Assembly (NCBI GenBank): GCA_965112735.1
Contig: OZ218957.1
Span: 496,001-560,000, forward strand
From: Phaeosaccion multiseriatum
Lineage: Eukaryota; Protista; Ochrophyta, other classes
Reading direction: 5' to 3'
DNA length: 64,000 bases
Shown here: positions 50,307-61,000 of the stretch, in pieces
Layout: every line of letters begins with the position of its first letter
Numbering within the stretch: position 1 is the stretch's first letter
Made by a program: the position numbers and the translations under genes
Notes under the pieces: generated by a model
Database searches by the model: none
What the model saw: only the letters and a program-made list of their open reading frames with translations
Told to the model about the DNA's origin: nothing

Positions 50307-53300
50307 CTACTACTACTACTACTCCTACTACTACTACTAACCTACCGATACTAACTGGTGCTACGAAATTATCCCTACCACCTCCCCCCCCCCCAACTCT
50401 GCAGGACTCGCTGGCGTACCTGTTCCAGGGCTGCTCCAAGGTCGAGCACCGCCCTACCACCTTCTTGTCGTTGGGCAAGCTGTCCCTCGCTGTGGGGCCG
50501 CACCTCTCCGACTATCTGCAGGACATCGTCAGCCTCATCCTTGACGCCCTCACCCCCAGGTACTGACGCATTACTTATGTATGTGCTTACGGTATTTTAA
50601 TGTACTTACGTATGTACTCGTGTTGTGATCGACGCACTCACCCCCAGGTACTTATGTGTTTTTCACGCATGTGTGTACATATGTATTTGTTACGTTCTTG
50701 TGTTTAACGTACTTACCTCCTCCCTCCCTCCCCTCCCTCCCCTCCCTCCTCAGCAAAAGCACCCGCATGCGCAAGCAGGAGCCCGTGTGCCTCGAGGCTC
50801 TGCCCTGCACGGCCAACCTCGTCGAGGCTTTGGGGGACCAAATGAGTCCCTTCGTTGACGAGCTTCTCGACCCCATCTTCGGCGCAGGTACGATCAGTCA
50901 CTGTAGGCATGCTGTAGGTATGCTGTAGGTATGCTGTAGGCATGCTGTAGGTATGCTGTAGGTATGCTGTAGGTATGCTGTAGGTGTGCTGTAGGCATGC
51001 TGTAGGCATGCTGTAGGTATGCTGTAGGTAGATAAAAGTGTGGGCCAAGTGAGTCCCTTCGATGAAGAGCTTCTCCACCTTCAACCTCAGCGAAGGTAGA
51101 CTTAGGATTTGCCTCTAATCTCTTGTCCTACTTTCCCCATATGCCTCTAATCTCTTGTCCTACTTTCCCCATATGCCTCCAATCTCTTGTCCTACTTTCC
51201 CCATATGCCTCCAATCTCTTGTCCTCCTTTCCCCATATGCCTCCAATCCCTTGTCCTACTTTCCCCATATGCCTCCAATCTCTTGTCCTACTTTCCCCAT
51301 ATGCCTCCAATCTCTTGTCCTACTTTCCCCATATGCCTCCAATTTCTTGTCCTACTTTCCCCATATGCCTCCAATCCCTTGTGCTACTTTCCCCATATGC
51401 CTCCAATCTCTTGTCCTACTTTTACCATATGCCTCTAATCTCTTGTCCTGCTGTCTCTCTCTCTAAATGTGCTCCATCTAATCTCCCCCCCTCCCTCCTT
51501 CCCTCCCTCCCTCCCTCTCTCTCTCTCTCTCTCTCCCTCTGTATCACCAACTCCCTCTCCTCCTGACCAGGTCTATCGGAGGCGCTCATCGACACCCTCC
51601 GAGTCATCACCTTGAGCCTTCCTCAACACACCACTCGTATCCAGGAGCGCCTCCTCAGTGAACTCACTCGCCTCCTCGATGGTGAGCCCTACGCCCCCCC
51701 TGGGTCCTTTCCACCTTGGCTCTTTCGGGTGGGCTCCGGGCCGGGATCTTCTCTTGCGGCTGCCGGGGCGGTGGCGACGGCGGTGGCGGCGGTGGGAGGA
51801 GGGGGGGCGGGGGCGGGAGGGGGGGTAGTAGGCGGGGTAGCAGGAGGGGTGGGAGGTGGGAGGGGATTAGGCTCAGGGTCCATTCGAGGAGGAGGCGGTG
51901 GTGGTGGTGGTGGTGGTGGTGGTGGTGGTGGAGGTGGTGGTGGTGGTGGTGGAGGTGGTAGTGGTGGAGGTGGTGGTGGTGGCTTTAGCCTAGGGGGGCT
52001 TTTTGTCGGAGTGGTGGACAGCTTTGTACCCGTCGGAGACAGCAGTCCCCCCCGGGGAGACCGTGCCCTCGGGGAGCTCGACACTTCACGCCACCGGGGA
52101 AGCTCGAGGTCGAGATCGAGAAGGCCCAGCAGAGACGGGCCCCTGGGGGCTCATGACTTGCTAGGCCTCGGACTGCTGGGAGGCGCGGGGGGAGGAGGAG
52201 GTGGGGGCGGAGGAGGAGGAGGAGGGGGTGGGGGTGGGTTGGGGGCAGGCAGTGCGGCCTCTCTCTCCTCTCTCAAGAAGAGGGAGTCCTTTCCGAGTCC
52301 GCCCGAGGTGAGGACTCCTGCCAAATGGAGGAGTTTCTTTGGTGGGGTTGGGCTCTTAACACCCACACGTTTAAACGTTTCAGTTGGTTCATCTGTTCGT
52401 TTCGACGGCCATCCCTCCCTCCGCTCACCCACACACTGCCATATGCCCCCCCCCCCCCCCCCATCCCTCCCTCCCTCCCTCCCTCCCTCCCATCCACTGC
52501 CATCCATTGCCATCCACTGCCATCCAACTCTTGTCCCGTGTGTCAGGTTTCCGACGACAAGCTCGTCCTCGCGCTTCATACCCTCGGCTCCTTCCCCATG
52601 GGCTCTCACTGCCTGTCGCTGCTGCCTGTGGTCAGAGACTGCGTGGCACTATATCTAGACAATGCCACACCAATGGTGCGGCAAGAGGCAGCACTCACGT
52701 GTTGCCGGCTGCTCTTGGAGTCACAGAGGTGAGGAGGAGGGAGGAGGAGGAGGACGGGGGGGAGGGAGTAGGAGGAGGAGAAGCATGGGGGGGTAGGAGG
52801 AGGAGGGGGGGGAGGAGGAGGAGGAAGGAGGAGGAGGAGGGGGAGGAGGAGGAGGAGGAAGGAGGAGGAGGAGGAGAAGGAGGACGAGGACGAGGAGGAG
52901 GACGGGGAGGGAGGGAGGGGGGAGGAGGAGGGGGAGCAGGAGGAGGAGGGGGAGGAAGAAGAAGAGGAGGAAGAAGAGGAATGAGTCTATGCCCTTGTGC
53001 TTTTGCATGTCCCTGTGCCTATATGTTTATATGCCCATATATACCCGTATGCATTTGTATGGCTGTATGCCTGTGTGCCTGTATGCCTGCCCCAGGCTCG
53101 TCTTCCCAGGGGGGCCATCGGCCTTTGTGACGGAGGAGGTGCTGCAGCGGCTCCTGCACGTGGCGGTTTCTGATCCGGCATCCTCCATCAGACAGACCCT
53201 CATTAGGGCTTTTGATGAGCGCTTCGATCGCTTCCTCTGTCAGGTACGCACCCATTCACGTAGTCTCACGTAGAGTCTTACGTAAGAGTCTTACGTTGCC

Positions 53301-56300
53301 TTAAGAGAGGAAAGAAGGATCGAAATTCTAGTGCTGATGCTGAATGTCGATACTATCGAATCGAATTGTGAGAGTTATCGAATCGGCTGTGGCTGTCGAT
53401 TATCCGCTTATCCCCCCTTCTCCCTCCCTGCTCATATATTGCCATCTGCTGCCACCCCCCCCCTGCCCAGGCCCACCACCTGCAGACACTCTTCCTGCTG
53501 GTGGGGGACGAAGACTTCGACATTCGCCTCGACGCGGTGACCCTCCTCGGCAGGCTCGCGGCCCTCAACCCCGCCTACATGCTTCCTATGCTCAGACAGG
53601 TATACGGGCAGGCAATGGGCAGGCATATGGGCAGGGGCAGGCATATGGGCAGGGGCAGGCATATGGGCAGGGGCAGGAATATAAGCAGGGGCAGGGGCAG
53701 GCACATGGGCAGGGGCAGGCATATGGGCAGGGGTAGGCATTTGGGCAGGGGGGGGCGAGATGATTTGCCTCCTCTCGCAATCGCTCAACGAAAGTGTGTG
53801 GGGCGTGTGTGTGTTTCCGTTACACTCCCATGCCCTTTTCCCGCCTTCGGAGTCCACACCCGACCGAGACAGCCGATCCCTCTCTACCTCTAAACCCCCA
53901 TCCTGACCTCCTCATCCCCTCCTCCTCCTCCTCCTCCTCCCCTCCTCCTCCTCCTCCTCCTCCTCCTCCTCCTCCTCCTCCTCCTCCTCCTCCTCCTCCT
54001 CCTCCTCCTCCTCCTCCTCCTCCTCCTCCTCCTCCTCCTCCTCCTCCTCCTCCTCCTCCTCCTCCTCCTCCTCCTCCTCCTCCTCCTCCTCTTCCTCTTC
54101 CTCTTCCTCCTCCTCCTCCTCCTGCTCCTCCTCCTCCTGCTCCTCCTCCTCCTCCTCCTCCCCCTCCTCTTCCTCTTCCTCTTCCTCCTCCTCCTCCTCC
54201 TCCTCCTCCTCCTCCTCCTCCTCCTCCTCCTCCTCCTCCCCTCCTCCTCCCCTCCTCCTCCCCTCCTCCTCCCCTCCTCCTCCCCTCCTCCTCCCCTCCT
54301 CCTCCTCCCCCCTCGCCCCTCCTTCCCTCCGTCCCTCCCTTCCTCCCTTCCTCCCTTCCTCCCTCCCTCCCTCCTCCCGCCCCTCTTGCCAGACGCTGAT
54401 GCAAATGATTGTGGAGCTGCGTACCAAATACTCGACCGACGACACCAACAGCCGTGAGGAGGCAACACGCATGCTCGGCCACTTTTGCAAGAGTGAGGCC
54501 CTGCAGACCCTCGTTCAGCCCTTCATGCGATCCATAATCCTGGTACGATAATTCAGCGAATTCCTTGGTTGGGTTGGTTGGGTTGGGTTGGTGTTGGGTT
54601 GGTTGGTCGGTTGTTGGTTGGTTGGTTTTTTCCTAGGGGCGTTGGTGGTTACTGAATCAACCAATACCCGCAATTCGTCCACCCTCCCTTTCCTCCTTCC
54701 TCCCCTCCCCATCCACTGCCATCCCTCCCTTCCCCATCCACTGCCACACCTCCCTCTCCTCCCTCCTCCCCATCCACTGCCTTCACTCCCACCCCCATCC
54801 ACTGCCATCCCTCCCCTCCCCAGGCCCTTCCCCTCCGCGACCCCAGCGCTCGGTTGACCACCGCTGCCCTCGAGGCACTGGGTGAGCTTGCCCTGGTGGC
54901 CAAGGAGGACCTGCTTCCTTACCTTCCCAACCTCATTCCCCTCCTCATGGAGAGCATGCAGGATCAGAGCAGCGTGGTGAAGCGGACGGTAAGGGGGAGA
55001 GGGAGGGAGGGATGGATTGATTGATGGATTGAGGGAGAGAAGGAGGGAGAGAAGGAGGGAGGGAGGGAGGGATTGAGGGAGGGAGGGAGAGAAGGAGGGA
55101 AGGAGGGAGAGAAGGAGGGAGGGAGGGAGAGGAGGAGGGAGAGGAGGAGGGAGGGAGGGAGAGGAGGAGGGAGAGGAGGAGGGAGGGAGGAAGGTTCGGT
55201 ATCCTCTTTCTGCTCCCACCCTCACCCACCTACCGATTCACTGCAATCCCACCCTCACCCACCTACCGATTCACTGCAATCCCACCCTCACCCACCTACC
55301 GATTCACTGCAATCCCACCCTCACCCACCTACCGATTCACTGCAATCCCACCCTCACCCACCTACCGATTCACTGCAATCCCACTCTCACCCACCTACCG
55401 ATTCACTGCAATCCCACCCTCACCCACCTACCGATTCACTGCAATCCCACTCTCACCCACCTACCGATTCACTGCAATCCCACCCTCACCCACCTACCGA
55501 TTCACTGCAATCCCACTCTCACCCACCTACCGATTCACTGCAATCCCACTCTCACCCACCTACCGATTCACTGCAATCCCACCCTCACCCACCTACCGAT
55601 TCACTGCAATCCCACTCTCACCCACCTACCGATTCACTGCAATCCCACCCTCACCCACCTACCGATTCACTGCAATCCCACTCTCACCCACCTACCGATT
55701 CACTGCAATCCCACCCTCACCCACCTACCGATTCACTGCAATCCCACCCTCACCCTCCTACCGATTCACTGCAATCCCACCCTCACCCGCCTACCGATTC
55801 ACTGCAATCCCACCCTCACCCTCCTACCGATTCACTGCAATCCCACCCTCACCCACCTACCGATTCACTGCAATCCCACCCTCACCCACCTACCGATTCA
55901 CTGCAATCCCACCCTCACCCACCTACCGATTCACTGCAATCCCACCCTCACCCACCTACCGATTCACTGCAATCCCACCCTCACCCACCTACCGATTCAC
56001 TGCAATCCCACCCTCACCCTCCTACCGATTCACTGCAATCCCACCCTCACCCACCTACCGATTCACTGCAATCCCACCCTCGGTCGCCCTAACCAATTTC
56101 CAACCTCCAACACCTCCGCGGCCTTCCTTCTTTCCTTCCTTTCTTCCTTCCTTTCTTCCTTCCTTCCTTCCTTCCGTCCTTCCTTCCTTCCTTCCTTCCT
56201 TCTTTCCTTCCTTTCTTCCTTCCTTTCTTCCTTCCTTCCTTCCTTCTTTCCTTCCTTTCTTCCTTCCTTCCTTCCTTCCTTCCTTGCTTGCTTGCTTCTT

Positions 56301-57998
56301 ACCTTCCCTCCTTCTTTCCTTCTTTCCTTCCTTCCTTCCCTCCCTCCCTCCTAAAGGTGAGCCTCCGTACTCTGGGCCGTCTCGTCAGCTCAACTCGCTG
56401 TGTGATCCGTCCCTACCTCGCCTACCCGCCCCTCATGGCCACCTGCCTGGGCGCTCTCCGGGGGGGGCCTCAAACACACCCCTGGACCTTGAGGAGGGAG
56501 GTGTTGAGGACTTTGGGCATCATGGGGGCTTTGGACCCATACAAGTATAGGCAGGTTAGTGAGTGTACAGGTGATGGATCAAAATCTTTCATCCCTTACT
56601 GAAAGACTCTGCGGTACGGTCAGCTGCACCACAAGCTGTCGGTTTCATCAGTTTCATTGTTTGTTCTCATCAGTCCTCTGATTCAAGGTCTTACGCATGC
56701 ACACGAAGTCGTTCAATCGACAATTCCACCCTTAGGTGATTCCTATCAAGTCAGTAAGTTCACCCCCCCACCCCCCCCTTCTCTCAGGTGACGCATCCCA
56801 GGCTGCTTCAAGGAGGGGGGGGCGGCGTGAGTGGGGTCGCAGCAGCAGCGGCGGCGGCGGCAGCAGCAGCTGCAGCGGCAGGTGTGGTGGTGGAGGATGG
56901 AGCCGGCGGCGCTGCGGGCATGCTCCTGCCCCCCCATGATGACGGGGGCAACGGTCTAGGCTTTGGAGTGGATGGTGGTGTGGGTGGTGGGGTGGACTGG
57001 GGCGGAGGAGGGGGGGGAGGAGGTGGAGGAGGAGGGGGCGGAGGGAGGGGGCAGGGACTGGCTGGCGGTTTCGATCCGAGTGGTCGTCATCATCAGCAGG
57101 GGCAGCAGGGGCAGCAGGGGCCGGATCGGGAGGCGAACACGTCGCGAGGGGGAGAGGAGCGCGCACACACACATGATCATCTCGACTCGTCAACGTCCAC
57201 AGCCGTGGGGAACGGCGCGCAGCATTCGCAGCAGCATCAGCAACAGCACCAGTTGGTGATGCAGCAGCAGCAGAGAAGTGACCAGTACGAGCGCCAACTC
57301 ATGCAGCAGCAGAAACGCAGGAAGCTTGCCGTAGACGTGCTCTACGCAGCGGATGACGAAGACGAGGAGGACGCGAGTCAAGTCATGTGGTCTCAGTCCT
57401 TCATGCTGGCGCAACCCTCCCCACCCCCTGCCCCACCACCCCGCCTCAACCCGTCCAGTGAGGAGTACTTCCCCACCGTCGCCATTGAAGCGCTAATGTC
57501 CATCCTCGAGGACCCAACTCTGCGCACCCAACATCGTATGGTTATCACAGCGGTCATGTATATTCTCCGTGGTCTGGAGATGCGAGCAGTACCATATCTC
57601 GAGTCGATCCTCCCTCACATGCTTCATGTGGTGCGGCGTTGCGACTCGGGATTGAGGGAGTCCCTCCTTCAGGAGATGTCATCCATCATCGGCATTGTGC
57701 AGCAGCACACACGCGCTTTCCTCGCCGACTTCTTTGAGCTCGTGGTTGAGTATTGGGACGACAACATGGAACAGGTGCACTATCTATGTCAATGGGTGGG
57801 TGTGGGTGCACTATGTCAATGGGTGGGTGCGTGCGTGCGTGTGGGTGGGTGGGTGGGTGGGTGGGTGTGCAAAGGTGGATGTGGGTGCGGGTGGGTGTGT
57901 GAGTGTGTGTACTGTGACTGACGCTCGGTCCGGTGAGTCCACCGCAGGGGGGGGGCACGGAACAAAGTGGGTTTTATGGTCTCCCCAACTCACCCACC

Positions 57999-58048
<50 letters not shown>

Positions 58049-61000
58049 ACGCAACACTCTCAGGTGGTGCCGATGGTGGAGCAGATGGCACTCCACGTGC
58101 GAGACGAGTTCCGCCCCTATGTGCCCCGCCTCCTCCCCCTGCTCTTGTCAGCCATGTCCCCTACCTCCTCCCCTATACACGGCTTGCTCAAAGCCGCCGC
58201 CAGCGCCGCCCCTCAGAGAGTGGTGATTCAGCAAGGCTCTGATTGGGCCAGGTACGTGGGTGTATGTGTGTGCGTGTGTGGGTGGGGGGGTTGGGGTGTG
58301 ACAGGGCAGGTGGGATGGGGTGGGGGTGGAGTGGAATGGGGTAGGGTATAGGGTAGGGTAGGATGGGGTAGGGTCGGGTCGGGTCGGGTAGGGTAGGGTA
58401 GGGTAAGGTAGGGTAGGATAGGGTAGGGTAGGGTAGGGTCGGATAGGGTAGGGTAAGGTAGGGCAGGGTAGGACAGGACAGGGTAGGGTAGGGTAGGGTA
58501 AGGTGGGGTAGGGTAGGGTAGGGTAGGGTGGGGTGGGGTGGGGGGGGTGGTGGATGTCTCTGCCCCCCTAACATCAGCACAGCTTCACAGCTTCACAGTT
58601 TCACTCGCTCACTCGCTCACTCTCTCACTCTCTCTCTCACACACTCACTCACTCTCTCTCACACACACCCACTCTCTCTCACTCACTCCTTCGCTCCCCC
58701 ACTCACTCCCTCACTCACTCACTCCCACACACACGTATCTACCCCCATGTACTCACCCCCATTCACCCAAACCTCATACTTACCCTCATCTCACCCTCAC
58801 CTCAACCCACCCCTCCTCCTCGTCTCAGAGCGGAAGCCCGACTGTTGCGTGTGGTCCGGAGCCTCCCCCTGCTGCGGCCCGTGCTGCTCGACTGCCTACA
58901 TGTGCTCGTACCGGCCCTGGTCAAGCTCATCGAGGTAGGTAATCTTTGAGAGCGCCTATGCTATGCTATGCTATGCTATGCCGAGCCTGACACTCGGTAC
59001 CCCATTCCCCTAATCCCATATGCCTCTAATCTCCCTACGTAAGACTTATTCCTACCCTACGTTATACTGGCATCTGTTATCATACCTGACACCGATTACT
59101 AAATAACTGACATTGATCGCTTTTAACCACCCACCGTCGCTCATGGTGCTAATGTTCATGTGCTTACTGCCTGTCCATCCATTCACTGCCATCCACTGCC
59201 ATCCACCCACCTACCTTTTCCACCCCATCCACTGCCACCTATGCAGGCTCTCGGGGACGTGCAGATGAGCCCCTCTGCCCACTCGTGGCAAACTGTGAGT
59301 GTGCGCTCGCTAGGCAGGCTGACCTCGCGAGGAGCCTTGTTGCAGCACCCGTCTCTGGCGGCGAGGATGATTCACCCTCTTGTACGTGTCTTTGAGAAAG
59401 AGATGAAGAATGATCCCGAGGTGAGTGGCTTCGGAGGGGGAGGGAGGGAGGGAGGGAGGGAGGGAGGGAGGGGGGTGGGGGAGAAGGTCGCCAATGAGGC
59501 TTAGGGTGGGGTGGGGAGGAGCTTATCACAGATTGAGTGAGTATCCTTCTGTGGTCTGACTCACCTCAGGATATCCTTCTGTGGTCTGACTCACCTCGTC
59601 TGAGTCCCGGCTTACGCGTCCTCCCTCCCTGCCTCCCTCCCTGCCTCGCTCCCTTCCTTCCTCCCTCCCTCCCTCCCTACGCCTCCGTCCCCAGGCCATG
59701 GAGTTGCGAGGGGCCATCCTCGGTGTGTTCAGAGCAGTGGCCATCCAGCTCGGCTTCAGGTACTTAATCTTTGACACGCTGGTCCAGGCCGCCGTCGGAA
59801 GAAGGGCATGTCCCCGGGGGGCGCACCTCAAGTTCCTCAAGGTGAGGGTGTGTGTGTGCGTGTGTGTGTGTGCGTGCGTGTGCGTGCGTGTGTGTGTGTG
59901 CCCTTCTCTTCACTCTCCCCCTCCCTTCCTCCTGTCCTTAAAAGGTGATGCACGAAGTCCGCCTGCGTGCTTGCACCCTCGAAGGCATTCACATGCAGGA
60001 CCCGACCTTCGGAGGGGCAGCGCAGCGGAACGGGTGGGGGCCGGTGGTACGAGACGGAAGGGCTGGCTACCAGGTGGGTGGGGTGGGGTAGGGTAGGGTA
60101 GGGTAGGGTAAGGTAAGGTAGGAGAGCAGGGTGGGGTAGGGTCGGGTAGGGTAGGGCAGGGTAGGGTAGGGTAGGGCAGGGTAGGGTAGGGTAGGGTAGG
60201 GTAGGGTAGGGTGGGGTAGGGTGGGGTAGGGTCGGGTACGGTAGGGTACGGTAGGGTACGGTAGGGTACGGTAGGGTAGGGTAGGGTAGGGTAGGGTGGG
60301 GTAGGGTAGGGTAGGGTAGGGTAGGGAAGGGTAGGGTAGGGTAGGGTAGGGTGGGGTAGGGTAGGGTAGGGTAGGGTGGGGTGGGGTGAGGTAGGGTGGG
60401 GTAGGGTAGGGTAGGGTAGTGTAGAGTAGGGTAGGGTGGGGTAGGGTAGGGGGGGAGAGGGTAGGGTAGGGGAGGATAGGGCACAGCGTTGGGGTATGTG
60501 GGTGTGTGGAATGGAGTGGGGCATAGGGTACGGAGTGGTGTAGAGGATGGAGTATAGGGTGTGGGGGTGGTGTAGAGGATGAAGCATAGGGTATGGAGTG
60601 GTGTAGAGGATGAAGCATAGGGTATGGAGTGGTGTAGAGGATGAAGCATAGGGTATGGAGTGGTGTAGAGGATGAAGCATAGGGTATGGAGTGGTGTAGA
60701 GGATGGAGTATAGGGTGTGGGGTGGTGTAGAGGATGAAGCATAGGGTATGGAGTGGTGTAGAGGATGAAGTATATGGTATGGAGTGGTGTAGAGGATGAA
60801 GCATAGGGTATGGAGTGGTGTAGAGGATGAAGCATAGGGTATGAGTGGTGTAGAGGATGGAGTATAGGGTGTGGAGTGGTGTAGAGGATGAAGCATAGGG
60901 TATGGAGTGGTGTAGAGGATGAAGCATAGGGTATGGAGTGGTGTAGAGGATGAAGCATAGGGTATGAGTGGTGTAGAGGATGGAGTATAGGGTGTGGAGT

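Noticed and set aside
55215-56080. CRISPR-like regular 33-bp repeat and ORF 55073-56092 ([11 protein letters not shown])n
   Set aside because: Head-to-tail units with no unique spacers and no cas genes, inside a TOR intron. The ORF is a by-product of a 3n unit.
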